DNA of 59,407 bases, the filler included, from Fonticula-like sp. SCN 57-25 (lineage: Eukaryota): NCBI GenBank assembly GCA_001724245.1. It is 5 parts of 5 records of this genome, joined end to end, with 100 filler letters (N's around TTAATTAATTAA, not from the genome) between each part and the next. Parts side by side here need not be neighbours in the genome. Positions count along the whole stretch, not along the records: positions 22,077 to 32,999 come from MEDX01000212.1; positions 33,100 to 43,966 come from MEDX01000213.1; positions 44,067 to 59,407 come from MEDX01000214.1; 2 more parts are not named here. One strand, given 5' to 3'. Under the pieces are notes generated by a model. That model was not told the DNA's origin. It searched no databases and was given only the letters and a program-made list of their open reading frames with translations. Each line of letters begins with the position of its first letter. Positions within the stretch are counted from its first letter, which is position 1. This document shows, in pieces, positions 31,878-45,682 of this stretch. The position numbers and the translations under genes are program-made.

Positions 31878-32999
31878 CTATTCCTTGGGCTGCTGGAGGA
31901 GCGACGCTTCCGACGCCGCGTGGAAGAGCACGCCACCAAGAGGCGCCTCCATTGCGCTTCCCGGCCCCTTGTACCCGTCGAGCGCGAGCATGTACATTCT
32001 ATACTTTTGCACCTCCCCAATCATAAAGTTTGACTTTTTCTCCCAATTCTGCGCCTCGCTCTTGCCCAAGTTGGTCCCCTTGCTCTCATTGTGAGCGGCA
32101 ATATTGACCTCCATCTCTGCGACCTTGCGCGCAAACGCCTCGCGCTGCTGCGGCACCTCGAGCGTCGACAGGTGCGACGGCATCGTCGGCTGGATAAAGT
32201 TGCCAAAGCCGCTGCTCTGCGGCATCGCGAGCGGCGCCGACGAGTAGCGCGCGGCGGCGTACGCGACCGCCATGATCCACTGCTGGAGAAGGTCGCGCGC
32301 GGGCGTCTCGCAGTAGAAAACGCCGCCGGTGGGCAGCTGCACGCTCAGTACGAATTCGTGCTGGTGGTAGCCCTGGACGACGCTCGGGAAGGCGTGCAGA
32401 AGCGACACCTGCTCAAGAAGCGCGTTTGGCTGAAACAGAAACGAGAAAATGTAAGAAAATGCTTGCAAAAAATACGGTGTTATGTGTAAAGCGCACCTTG
32501 AATTCGCTGCCGGCGCGGAAAAAGCACATTTCGTGGTCGACGATGCGGCAATCGACCTGCTTCCACTGGCGGTTGGACGCGCGCTGCGTCGCGCTGTCCA
32601 TGACGTTCTTGCGGTGGAGCGCGCCTTCGATCAGGACGGTGCCGGGCAGCGTCGTCTCGGGCGTACTGGTGAGCGCGGGGGACGACTGCGCGAGGGTCAG
32701 CAAACGAAAAGGCGAAGGGGAAAAACGGACCACTTTCGGCGACGCCGGCTCCACAACGGCAATTTCCTTTCGCTTGATCGACTGGTACAGTTCCTTTTGG
32801 AGCTCGTCAGCGGGCGGCGGTCAAACCAAAGCGAAGCGCGTACCTTGAGGATGCTCTCCGACACCTTTTCGTTCTCGTTGAGCGCAGACTGCGTGTTGAT
32901 AATAAAGTCCTTTTGCGACATTTTGTTCGTCACCATGTTGCTGTACAGGTCCGTGTTCAAGATGAGCACCGAGCTGACCAGCGTGTGCACGACATCTGG
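31878..32999 (-). CDS. Sec7-PH ARF-GEF (EFA6/Syt1-like), 3' part, spliced
   Basis: HTLVSSVLILNTDLY...KMSQKDFIIN; PH with EGALHRKN...RQWK; YAAARYSSAPL. Confidence 0.75.
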
Positions 33000-33099
33000 N
33001 NNNNNNNNNNNNNNNNNNNNNNNNNNNNNNNNNNNNNNNNNNNTTAATTAATTAANNNNNNNNNNNNNNNNNNNNNNNNNNNNNNNNNNNNNNNNNNNN
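33000..33099. other. Artificial contig spacer
   Basis: N44-TTAATTAATTAA-N44. Confidence 0.97.
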
Positions 33100-33451
33100 G
33101 AAAAGGCGCTCGAGAGGGCGCTCTCGAGCACGCGCATGCACTCTTTGTGGTCATAGTGAAGAGCTGAAACGCACATGGCTCAGTACGTTGCCAATGTTAA
33201 CGTAAAGAAAAGTGACGCACTGCTGAGCTCGCTGCGGATCTGCCGAGCGCGGTAAATGTCGACGTCGGCGCGCGGGAAACCGTTCGCGTCGATGAGCGAG
33301 TCCTTCAATCCGACGCCCATCTGCAACCCTGCAGTCAGCAACAACACACATAAACATAAATACAACGTGCCTGCTCATGCTCCAGCGACAGCTCCCGAAT
33401 GCGGAGCTCGATGTTCTCCTTCTTGGCCGACAGCTCGCGCACCTTGTCCAT
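33100..33451 (-). CDS. PSMD9: Proteasome assembly chaperone Nas2/p27, 5' part, spliced
   Basis: MDKVRELSAKKENIELRI..MGVGLKDSLIDANGFPRADVDIYRAR. Confidence 0.85.
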
Positions 33452-33511
33452 CTTTGATGAATCGCAGACGATGACACACTGCAAACTGCAAACTGCACCG
33501 CCACGCTTGCG

Positions 33512-36500
33512 ATGCCGCCAGCCACCGCGCCGCCCACGGTGGCGCAGCTACATCAGTGGCTTTCCGGCGGCAATCTAGACGAGATCAAGAAGGGTGCGCG
33601 CGCATTTCACCGCGAATATATTGTTCTGACGCGATTATGCAGCGTTGTCTCTCGGGACGGCGTCTCTTCGTCTGCTGTGCGCATCAACACGCGGGATCGA
33701 TGTTCCCGCCGGGCTGCAGTCTGTTCAGCTTGACCCTGACCTCGTGAGTCAATGGGCGACGCGCTCACCCGAAGCGCAGGAGCTTTTTTTCCTATGGACT
33801 ACTCGTCCACGGGTGCGTTTCTCACCATTCCTCTGAAAATGCGGCCGTCTTACCTTTTGTGTCGCAGGGAGCCACGTCGGCCATCGACGCCGAGGTGATT
33901 CAGATGATCGCGCTCCTCGTTGAGCTCTCGAACACAAACTCGACGCGCGCGTTTGGCGTGACGCTGTGCCGCAAGGTGATTCGCCAGCATCTGCGCCACG
34001 TGTACCATGCGCTGAGCGATGACAATCCTGCGCATCGCGAGGCGGCGCTCCACCTGCTCACGGCCATCCTCCTCACCAGCAGCGCCGTCGCTCGCGAACT
34101 CTGCCAGTCGTTCAACTATGCGCACGACGCGCTTGTAAAGATGTGCGGAAACACGAGCAAAACAAAAATGCCGAGCCCGCTTCACCCGTCCCTCGTGGGC
34201 GTGCGCGGCTTTATGGTTGGCTTCATTCTCGCGCACATCGTGAGCGGCGACTTTGGGATAAAGCGCGACGTCCTCAGCCTCGTCTCAATAACAAACGCCA
34301 TTTTCCGCGGGGTATCAAACGACTCTCCGGCGGTACGCGTAGATATATGTACAATATTGTGCTGACACTTTCTTTCAGATGCAACTTTTTATCCTCGACA
34401 CGTTTGACGAGCACGTCGTCGCCGACATGGCGCTCACCCGCCAGCTAAAGTACACTACTTTTAACGCGACCGCCGTCGAGCACATGCGCGGTCTGTTTGC
34501 GCGCGAAGAGTCGCCAATTGACAGCGACCGCATTGTGGCCGACGAGACGACCGCCTTTTTCATTGGGCTGTGCGCGACGCCCGGCCGCGGTGTGTGCGCC
34601 CCAGAGCAGGCCGCGCCAAAGCCCATGCAGCGACTGCTCGGCGTGTTCATGCCGTCGGATGATCTGCGCCAGCAGCGCGTCGTCATTGCCATCCTGCGCG
34701 CCATCCCGACACTCGTTCCATTGTACGATATCTTTTCAACATTTTTTGGGCTAACATGCTTTTTTTTGCAGTTTTTGGAGCCAGTACGGCTTGTCGGCCG
34801 ACCCGCGCCCGTCCCTCAAATGGTTCTCTGCTTGCTCTCTGATGATGAAGATTGTCGGTATGGACCCGCCGCAGCTCGGCCCCGCCGCTGCCGCCTCTGG
34901 CCCGCTGGCGTCGCCCTCTGGATCGTGGCTCGCCTCCTTTGTCATCCCGCCGTGGTTTGCCAAGACGTCGGCCAACCTCGCGCTCCAGCACAGCAACCGC
35001 CTCGTAAAGTACTTTGCGCTGAACGCCCTCTACATTTGCTTTATGAAGCTGGCCGCCGTGCTCGCCGAGCTCGACAAGCTGTCAGACTCATCGGCTGCCG
35101 ACACTGCTGTGGCAGAGTCGCGCGTCGCCGACGACGAGGACGCACAAGCCGCCGCTGCCGTATCTGTTGACACGGTCGACGGCCGCGCCGTGCGCAATGA
35201 GCTGCTGAGCGCCATCAGGAAGCGCCTCCCCGACCTTCAGATCCTGCTCGCGCTTCTGCCTGCCCTGCGCCCTACCGCCGCACAGCCCGAAGATGACGCG
35301 GCGCCGAACGCGTCGCTTGCGTACCAGCGCCTTCTTTCGATCCTGGCGTCGTACCAGCGCTTTGCGCCCGACCTTTTCATTGAGAGCCGCTACGACTTTG
35401 GAAAGCTTCTTCCCGAAACTGCCGCCGCGCTGGAGCAGTTCAGCCCCGCTGTCCAGTACCAGCTCTGCCGCGTGCTGCAGGCGGCGCCCGTCTCGTCGTG
35501 GGTCAAGGGCGGGAATGGCGAGGCGCTGCGCGGTCTCGTTCAGCTCTACTGCCACACGCCGCACGACGCCGTGCGCGTCGCTCTCGAGCGCCTTCTCGTC
35601 GGCGTGCTGCTTGGCACGCAGCTCTTTGAGCACCACCCGACCGAGGCGCTTCTGTGGGTCCACGCGCTCCGTCGCGCCGACAGCAGCGCAGTGAACGCCT
35701 TTTTCGAGCGGTGCGTCGCAGAGGGCAACGCGACCGTCTACCGCTACCTCGACCAGGCCGCTGAGCTCATGCAAAAGCTGCGCGACGAGACGGACCCGGC
35801 GGACGCGTGGCGCTCATTCGTGCTTGGCCGTGCGTGGGCTGTGTTCAGTCCGTTTGCGCTGTGTGCATGGGAGATGCTGCAAAAGCAGACAGGTGATGAG
35901 GTGCAGCAGTACGTCGCGGGCGTCGTGGCGAGCATGCGCACCACCCTTGAGCCGTCAAAGTGGCTCTTTGAGCCGCTGCTCACCGACAAGGCGCACGCGG
36001 CATTGTGGAAGATTATTTTCTGCGGCAAGGACCTCTCGATTGGCGGCGGGTTTAATGCCGCCGTCGAACAGCAGTGCATCGAGAGCGACGCCAAGGCTGG
36101 TCGCGACATTATTCTCCGCGCGTCTCGCCTGTCGGCCCTTGAGGCGGAGCACGCTCTTTTCCAGGCGGCTCGCCTCCTCGCGAACGACCGCAAGCGCGAC
36201 AGCGCCTTTATCGGTCGGCTGTGGCAGGCATTGCTTGCGCGCCTTCGCCGCACCGCGACGCGGCAGCGCTTCCAGACCGTCGCCGCGGCCGTTTTCCTGC
36301 ACCCGCACTTTGCCGACACTGACGCCCTCGTCGAGCAGGGCGGCGAGCTCGTGTTTGCCATGACAGAGCTTGCGCTCGCTGGACTTTTGCCGACGTCGCT
36401 CGCGGACGCGCTGCGCGTGGCGGTCGCAAAGCGCGCGACGGCCCCCGACGCGTCGTCGCAGTCGCTCGGCCTCGCCGCCGTGTGGACTTCCCTTTTGACG

Positions 36501-39500
36501 CAGTCGGAGCGTGCCTCGCTCGTGAACGCGCTGCTTTCGCGCCTTATCAGCGCGACGACCGGCGGCGACGGCGCCACGCAGCAAGTACTCGCGTGCCTTT
36601 TGCACCTGCTCAGCAGCGAAGAGGGTGCCGACATTGCGCTCTCGGCGTCTCAGCTGTCGACGTCGACTGTCTCGCGCCTCCTGACCTACTTTGAAGAGTC
36701 GCCGCACGAGGCGGTGACGCGCGCCGTCAGCGCTCTGTACGCATGGCGCCCGCGTGTCGTCGTGTCGGCATCAAGCGGCCGGCCAGAGGACAGTGTGGCG
36801 GCCGCTGCGCCGCAGCTCGTCGCGGGATGCCTCGCGCACCCGTCGAGCGAGCGTCTTGTTTTGCTCGGCGCCTTTTTGCTGGCCGGCGGCGACGCTGCGC
36901 GCGGTGCGCTCGTCGACTGCAAGTCGTCGGCGATGTCGGGCGTGCCCGCCGCGGACCAGCTCGCGCTGCTGGCTGTCGCCGCGTGGTCGGCGAGCGGCGG
37001 AGGAAGGCCACAGGGTGCTGCTGATGTGGCCGCGCTCAAGCAGTGCGCGTCGCTGAAGGAACTCGTCAACGCGGCATTCCGCTCTGCTTCGCGCCAGTGG
37101 TGCACTGACGTGGCCGACGCGGCTGCGGTGGACAAGTCGCTCGCAAAGCGTGTTCGCGCTGCCGTTGCTGCTCACAATGCAGAGGCACTCGCGCTCCCGC
37201 CGTGGGGCGCCGTGCTCCTTTCGCCCGCGTGGCGCCACACAGACGACGAAGGCGACGTTTTGGACGCCGACACCCTATTGAAAAACTCTGCGCCGTCGTC
37301 GTTTACCGCGATGGACGCGCTTGAGACGACCGCCACACCTACCGCGTGGCTCGCATTCCTTTTGACCGCCGGGGCGGCGCTGGTGCCGCAGGGCGACGAC
37401 TATACCGAGCTTGACGCTCTTTTGCGTCTGCAGGCGCGCGCACTTGCGTGGGACGGCGTTCATGATGTTCTTGCCGATGAAGCGACGCAGCAGCTTTGCA
37501 CTCTTGCTCGCACGGCAATGCGCTCTCTTGACGGCGGTCGCGCTCCTTCTTCGTCGCTCTGCGATTGGTGCGCCGCCGTCGGCCGCCTCTTTTCAGTACT
37601 TCGCGGCCGCGGCCGTGTCCGTACATCGCTCGCCGCGTGGCTTCTCGAGCAGCCCGTCGCGCGCTTCTACCTGGCCGCCTCTTGCCCTCTTCGCGAGCCG
37701 CTCGCCATCCTTCTCTCTGCCCTAGTCGCCTCTGAAGGCCACGAAAAGTGGGCGACGCCATTCCACGCGGCGGCCGTCCTGCGCGCGTACCACGGCACGA
37801 CCGACGCCGCCGACCGCCACTTGCTCAAGGCGCTCATCTACTGGGACACGCGGCCGCGCGAGTCGTCGCTGCCAAAGGGCGGCTTTTCCATGCTCCACGT
37901 CGGCATCCAGACCGACGATGACGCGTCAACTGAAACCCCTGCGGCTTTGTATGAACCGTCACTGCGTGATGCTGTCCCCGAAGCACCGTCGACCGACCTT
38001 GACCTTGCGCGCTCTGCTCTGCTCCAGTCTGTCCGCCCCCTTCGCATGACGCGCGCCATTCTCGCGTTTGACCCGAGCGGCGAATCTCCCGAGCACTCTC
38101 GCGCCGCCTACGACGCCGACTTTTTCATCCCATTGACGATGCAGGTGCTGCTCGGCGCGCGCCCCGGCGTGTCGCACGACTCGAACCTGCGCCGCTTTGT
38201 CGAGTGCAACTGGGCTGGCATGCTCGTTGTGTCGCTCTCGTCGGTGCAGCCGCGCGTGCGCAAGGGCGCGTGCGCCGCCCTCGCCGCGCTGCGCTACGCT
38301 CTTCTCTACTCGCGCGTGCGCGAAGCGTCTCAGCTTATTGTGCTTCTCGATGCTGTCAAGAACGCGCTCGAGCTTGACGCTGAGACGAAAACCGTCCCCG
38401 CCATCCCCTTTGTGGTCGCCTACTTTGTCGCGCAGGCGCTTCCCGTCATGCTCAAGCCCGACCACCCAATGTACCCGCTCATCAACCGCTTCCTGCTGCA
38501 GCGCCCCGTGCTCGACCTCGACGACATTCCCATGTTTTACAGCCTCTTTTACGACAGCGGCGACCAGTTCCGCACGTCGCGCCTGTGGGTCACGCGCACA
38601 CTGCTGCACGGCCTCAAGGACGCGCGCGACTGGCGACTCTACCGCAGACGCCACGTGGTGGATGTGCTCACGACGCTGCACGATTCAGGGAACGCCGACG
38701 CGCCGATGCGCCGCCTCGTGCTCGCGTGCGTCGAGCGCGCACTGGAATTGCCGGCAGCGGGCGCCGATCTCGTCCGCCGCGCGGGAATGCTCGCATGGCT
38801 CACAAACTTGTGCGCTTTGCCATCGAACTCGACTGGAAAAGACGCGTCGGCGGCGTCGAGCAAGGCATCTCTTGCGTCGCTCATTGTCATCGCGCGCGCA
38901 ATGCGAACCGCCGCGCGCTTCCTCGCTGGCCAATCAGCGCCCGCCATTGCTTCTCTCTGCGCCGCCGCCGTCGCCGCGCTCGTCCGCGTCATTGACGGCG
39001 TCGGCGGCGTCGCGCACGCGCACCGCCCGCTCGCCGCGCTCCTCTTTGCCGAGGCGGCGCAGTCGGTCGAGTTTATCGCGCGGCGGTTTTTGTGGCGAAA
39101 GCCGGTCGACGAAGCACAACTTGCATGCATTATGGACAAGTGGGCTGCTGTCGGGCGTTGGCGACTTCCAGAGACGTTCACTTGGGATGAAGATGCGCTG
39201 CTGGCAAGGCCGACAGCGGCCGCGGCGGCGCGCGAACTTTTACTTTGCGCCAACTCTGCCGTGCTCGCCATTGCGATGAGCTCGCCGGCGCTGCTCAGCG
39301 AGCGTTCACTTTCATTCGCTGCTTCGCTCGTGCTCGGCGGCGCACACACAGCTATGGCGGGCGACTTTGGCGAGTGGGTCGTGTCGGGCGCGTGCGCGCC
39401 GACGGCGACAGTCAAGCCAACCGCGGCGCTGCTCGCGACGCTCTTTGGCGCAGTCACGCAGGCAGTGCTCGCGCCGGGCGATGCGCAGCCGCGCGCTGTA

Positions 39501-39752
39501 TTTAGATTGCTCTGTGGCGCGCTCGTGATTGGTCAGCGTGCTGGATTGCGTGTGGAAAATGCGCCATTTGAGGCGCCGCTCGCGCTTATTTCGAAATCTA
39601 CAAAGGGAAGCGAAATCAAGGGAGTGATGGCGGCGGAAATGATGACGTGTGTTGTGCGCGCGCTGTGCTTCAAGCCAGTGCTGCAGCGCGCAATGAAGGA
39701 AAAGGCGGCGACGCCGAGCAAGCGCAGAAAGACAATCAACGGCGACGCTTAA
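33512..39752 (+). CDS. URB1: Nucleolar pre-ribosome-associated protein Npa1/URB1, spliced
   Basis: KRLPDLQILL, ESRYDFGKLL, YDADFFIPL, LKPDHPMYPLINRFLLQRPVLDLDDIPMFYSLF, RRRHV; roughly 1900 aa. Confidence 0.88.
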
Positions 39753-40183
39753 AAAGCAGTTTTGCTCACATGTACTTTTACAATAAACGTCTCAATTTGA
39801 ACTATTTGCAAAAACTGTTTTTTTAAGTGGACAAAGTGCAATTTCCTTCCATTTATGTTCATGTTTGGAATGGAATACGTGCACAATGGACATGCAATCT
39901 CAAACTAGTTTGCAATAATTCTGTTGTCTCTCTTTGCCCTATGGTCATGCGTCTCAATAATGATGATGTAAAAGGTAATACTTTTTTAACTTTGATACCA
40001 AGAAGAATACACGCACACAGCTGAAAATAAGCGACGCACAGAAAACACACCAAGTCGGAAGCGATTAACACAAACGAGGCTAATAACGTTTCGCATCGTT
40101 TCACCAATACAAAAGGGCGCCGCGGGCACTTTTTCCCGCACGCACACACACACAGTCAGTCACACTTACATCCCCACTTTTCC

Positions 40184-40950
40184 TCAAATCTTGTCGAGCT
40201 TTGGCGACACAATGACCGGGTTCGCCTTTGCCAGCTCGTCCCGCCCTTTCGACTTGTAGTCAAACGTGCAGTTGTGCTGGTCAGAGTAGCGGTGGTTGTT
40301 GCAAAAGAACTGGTCGCAGCGGCACTTTACGCTCGTGAGGCCGAGCTTCTTATTGCACATGGCGCAGCGGAGTGAGCTGGACTTGTCGGGCGAGGTGCCT
40401 AACGAGGTGCCGGCGGTGGTGGCAGAGGAGGGCGAGGCGCCAGAGGGGGACGCGGCAAGGTCGGCGGCGGTGGAAGACGACCCAGGGGAGCGAATCGCAA
40501 TAGGCTCAGAGGCTAAGAGGGAAGAATGTCAGAAAAAGTGCACAAAAATGGACGCAAATCATATCAAAAGTGGATACAAATCATGTCAAAATGGATATAA
40601 ACCATATCAAAATGTAAATAAATCATATCAAATGTACATCAACAGAGACCAGTATCAATGTACACACATATCAAAAACTACCTTTTAAGCATGTTTTCAA
40701 GCAATATAATCACCCAAGTAACACATAAACATTTACATATCATATGCCCACCCATATATTTCTTCTCTTTCGTACCCTTTGGCGGCGACAGTAAGCTCGT
40801 TGTCGCCGGCACCGGCGCCTGCGCCACCGACGCCACATTATTCTTCTTGGCGCACACCGAGCAGTACCCCGTCACGGCATCGCCGTAGAACGAGCAGCCG
40901 GGCCCGCGGCAGAACGGGCGCTGGGCGCCGCTATCCTGAGGCTGACTCAT
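40184..40950 (-). CDS. A20/AN1 zinc-finger protein (ZFAND5/6-like), spliced
   Basis: C..GCSFYG..TGYCSVC (A20); CAMCNKKLGL..KCRC..FC..HRYSDQHNCTFDYK and KANPVIVSPKLDKI read on the minus strand. Confidence 0.85.
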
Positions 40951-41935
40951 GATGATGATGACTCAAAATTGAAGAGGGCAAAAAAAGGCACTGGGAATCG
41001 ACGCGCCAAGCAAAAGTCGACGGAAAAAGTGGGAAAGGACGGCGGCTCGCGAGCGCGGCGTCCGAAAAAAGAGGGGAAAACTGAAAGGAAAGGGCGGCCG
41101 GAAAGGTCGACCGAGCGAGATCCCCCGACCTGCTTGCCTTAACTACAGCGGATGCGCAGCGATGACCGTGAACCTCGTCGGTGCACGCTCCTCGGCAAAC
41201 ACAATTGGTGCGAAAAAGGAGAGAAACAGCAAAAAGCCGCGGTTCAGGCTCCAATCGAGCGGATGACTAGCGTTGAACCAAAAGTGCGTGATGCGTGCGT
41301 CACTGTTTCCCAAAGGCAAGGGAACACAAACACGCGGGCGAAAAAACGACGATTGAGCGCTTTTCCCTTTCAAATAAATGAAAAAACGCAGAAACGCGCG
41401 CGAGGAGAAACCACGGAGCCGCGACGCGAGAAAAGGGCGCTCGACAGGAAGTATCAGACGTGCAGGCAACGAAAATCGCCGCCGCACGCAAAAGGAGCAA
41501 GATCGATTCTTTCTGCGAATGAAAAGTGGCCGGCTAGAGACGCCTTTTCTGGGCCCTAGCACTTGTCTCCTGAACACTCCTGGCGCTCACCAAAAGTGCG
41601 GAAAAGGATCCTTTGTCAGCACGACGCGTGCGTGCAGCTCACAAAAGGAAAACGGGTTTCCTCCTTGAACGACGAAAAAATTCAAAAAAGAAAACACTGG
41701 CCACGTGGTTAAGCATGTGACCACGTGGGGAAGAGTTGTGCAACGTCGATGGATGCTTATCAGGGGCAGAGTCTGGCGTGCAATCTAGATTGCATTGATG
41801 TTCTGTGGAACGGCGGCTGGGAGACGCGCAGATTGCCAGGGCCGCATTGATTGAGTGTCGCGTAGCTGGACAGTTTGTCTAGAACAAGAGTTTGGTGCAT
41901 TGGGCGGTTTTCGGCGCTGTCTTTTATATTGCGAA

Positions 41936-43966
41936 ATGTCGCTATTAAACGATCCCTTGTACACTATCCAGCGCCTGCGGCTCGCCAGTCTTCAGCTGTA
42001 CGTTTTCTCTTTCCGCCATGGCTCCGGATTGCGGCATCTCGTGCTAATTCTGCCTCGTTTCCGCACAGGGACGGGCCGCTTGCGGAGCGCTTTATTGTCG
42101 TCCATCCTGGCGGCGCGGACGAGGCGTCGTCCTTTGTGGATCCGCATTTCGAGTACGTGACGTCGACACATGACGCCATCGGCGAATCGGGGCTCGTCAA
42201 GCGGAGCAACAGCCTGACAAAAGGAAAGCGGAACGCGCGCGCGCAGGCCAAGCCAAAGGAGGAGAAGAAGGACGAGTTTGTGCACCCGCACCCGTCGGTA
42301 TCACCCGAGGATCTTTTCAATCGGTCAGACATTACGTACGTACTGGAAGATGCTACAGTGGGCCATCGCGGACCTTTGGTCTGTTTCTTGTGGGCAATAT
42401 TGGTTATTTTTAGTCATTTGTGTCCCTTTTTGCCGTCTTTTATACCAAATTTTGCCTCATTATGGTATTTTTCGCGTTTCTTTTGCTCACACTCGCCATC
42501 TTGTAGCTTGCCCCCGACGCCGCCATCGTTCCTCTCGACGCTGATCAAGGCCAAGTCCGGCCTCAAAAACCCCTTTTCGTCCTTTTCCAGCTTTTGCGGC
42601 AAGGGCGAAAACAAGCCCATCATGCTCAAGATCTGGCTCCCCTTTTCCGACTCGCATCGCGGCACGCCGATGACGATGGTCGTAAAGTCGGACGCCAGCG
42701 TCGAGGACGTGATCGGGTACGCGCTCTACGAGTACATCGACCAGGGATGCGCGCCGCGGCCGCTCGACAACATTGCTGCGTACTCGCTGCGCATCGTCGA
42801 GGACGACGGAAATATCGACGGCGACTTTCCTGGTACGCGGGGATGATGGCGGGATCTTGGCGCTGACAATGATCTGTAGCACTCGAGCGGGCACGCAAAA
42901 TCGAAAAGTTTTCATTTGACCAATTTGCACTTTGCGAAGCGGACCGCGCCAAATGTACGCAATTGTTGTTTTTTGCCCCCCTTTTGCCCTTTTTCGTGCT
43001 CTTTTTGTTGCTATTTTGTTGCTATTTTGTCCTAACTCGCCACTTTTCCGCTCAGTCCAAGCAGATGAGAATGCCAAAAAGCTGCTCGCCGAAAAAGACA
43101 CACGCAGCCAAGCCAAGAAAACTGTCGTTTTCCTTCGCGTTCACCTCTACAGCACACTCGAGATCAAGCAAACGTCCACGATCGAGGCGCCCGCCGAGAT
43201 CCGCTTGCTAGGTACACCAAAAATCGCATGCGATTTTCAGCCGCTGATCTTGCTTGGCTCATCTCGGCAGATCTGCTCAAGCAACTGTGCAGCAAGCACA
43301 AGCTACCTGCCGACGAGTACACGCTTCGCCTTCCCGACACCAAAACAGATCTCCCGCTCAACAAAACTGTCGGCGAGATCAACACATCAGCCATCTGCCT
43401 CATGAAAAAAGATCGCCACAGCGGTGCGTCGCCACTTTAAATTTTATTTTTTTGTGCTTACGTGTCACTTTTTCGGTGCACAGCGGGCGACATTTTCGTC
43501 CGCCCCGTCGGCGAGCGCCTCAACAGCGTCGACGAAGCCGCGACAAACATGTTTTCCGACTTTGGCAACACCAAGCTGTACAATGTTATTCGGCGGCCGA
43601 TCTTTGGCGCCAAGCAAGATCGCATTTTTTCCATCGATGGTGACATTATTCATAATATGCCAGCAGCAAGTCGTGGTAAATTTGATGACAGAACGGTACG
43701 TTTTTCTTGTTTTTCTTGTCTGAAATTGGTTGAAAATGGTCTGAAAATGGTCTAAAAATGGTCTAAAAATGGTCTGAAAATGGTCTGAAAATTGGTCGAA
43801 AATTGGTCTAAATTGACTGAAATTCACCCAAAATTGACCTAAATTTGACCTAATTTGGTCTAAATTCACCCAAATTTGACCCAAATTTGACCCAAAATAC
43901 CCGCTGACTCTCTTTTTCCTAGTCATCGTACCACGTTGGCAACATTTTGCTATGCGAAGTTCGCCC
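41936..43966 (+). CDS. SIN1: TORC2 subunit Sin1/Avo1, spliced, truncated
   Basis: MSLLNDP start; CRIM region VEDVIGYALYEY...YSLRIVEDDGNIDGDFP; PH region QDRIFSIDGDIIH. Confidence 0.85.
43720..43898. repeat. Degenerate 10-11 bp intronic minisatellite
   Basis: (CTGAAAATGGT)n grading into (AAATTTGACCC)n. Confidence 0.8.
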
Positions 43967-44066
43967 NNNNNNNNNNNNNNNNNNNNNNNNNNNNNNNNNN
44001 NNNNNNNNNNTTAATTAATTAANNNNNNNNNNNNNNNNNNNNNNNNNNNNNNNNNNNNNNNNNNNN
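43967..44066. other. Artificial contig spacer
   Basis: N44-TTAATTAATTAA-N44. Confidence 0.97.
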
Positions 44067-45682
44067 TTGTAGCTTTCGTGGACATGTGTTGTTCTACGTG
44101 TTCTTCCTATTCTTCGTGTTCCTCTACTGCATTGAGAATAAACCTCTACAACCTCAACAACATCTAAACTCCTCCATCATCACAGTTTTCATTGTTTTAT
44201 AGTAGGTGTTTAATGTGTTTTCTGGGTTTCTTTGAATAGTCGCCTTTTCGATTAAGCGGAGCTAGAAACGTCCTCTTCTTTCTTCGTCCCTTTGCTTCTC
44301 ACGGGAAGAGGTCATATTTTTTCGATAATGTCGTGGACGACACGTTGAGACCTATTATTTTCTTCCGGAAAACAGTTCGAGAGCAAGCAAGCTTTTCATT
44401 TCAAACCGTCTGTTGTTATGTCACAAGGGTGAGCGGGGCCGAACGCTGCTTTTGCGCGGCTGGCTGAGACTGGTGGGCACAGCACTAAACTTCGCTTCTG
44501 CGAACTAAGCGCTCGCTTGAGTCTCTTCGTTCACCGCCCTTCTTTTCGGATGAGCAAATACAACGCTATTGCACCATTACTTTAGGTGCGTCACACAAGC
44601 ATCTGTACCGATGAGTGTGCTTTCATTTCAAACGTGGCGTCCGATATTCCTGCCGGGAACCTCGCCTGGAACCTCACCATCAACCACGCCACGCAAACTC
44701 CTCTTTATGTGAAAGTATTCGACTGTCTTGGAAGCTCTCGAGCGCACCCGAAACCATCGATCTGATCATGAACCACTCCTACACATCATGCGCAGCTCTT
44801 TCTCGTATGTCATTCGACCCGTCTCGTCGCGAGCTCTCGAACGCACCCTTAACTATTGCTCTACGACACGTATTCGCGGAGATATGAGCACACCCAACAC
44901 GGAATCATTCTGGTACTTTACCGCCGACCGATTCCTTCACGGTCAACCATCAGCCCAGGCAACGACCCCTCGATCGAGCCGGTACCATCGCTGACCCGCA
45001 CACGCGCACACACGTGCTGCTCGTTCGGGACGTTTACACGAAGGACACAATAGCGCGCAGACTCGCGCAACAGTTATCAGGCAGGACGAGCACACGCCGG
45101 CAGGACGAGCACACGCCTCGCAGCTTATCCTCCTTCTGGTCGAGCCTCTAGTACATAAATAGCGCGGAATCTGCCTCGCCGCGCTGTTCTTTTGTTTACT
45201 TCTCTCTTTCTTGAACAATAAAAAGGTCGGATACACTGTCACAGTACACTGCCATAAGTGTAGCGTTTCGTGTAGTGTACCTCTCACATTGCACTTCTCG
45301 GTCTATTTTTCTGACCTTCGTATTGAGATTAATAGAAAGCCAACACTCAATAATGAGCTCTTTATGCTACCCGCGTCGATCCACATATTTGTTTGCTTTT
45401 CACGTTTCATTCAGTGCATATCTCCACTTTCCGCAGGCAGACATTCCTTTCTCACGTACGTATTGAGAATATCACGTGTCCGCTTTTTGCTACCGGCATC
45501 GCTCTGCATATGCGCATGCAGCTGCTATAAGAAGTACGTATCTATAACAGTATATTAAAACTACTCGGTACACCATATTGGGCACACTAAAAGACACCAC
45601 CAACCAAGCACACCATCTATTCACTCCAAGCAGAACGAACCAGTAAAGTTATCAAGTTCAACAACGAAACACATGACGCCGG

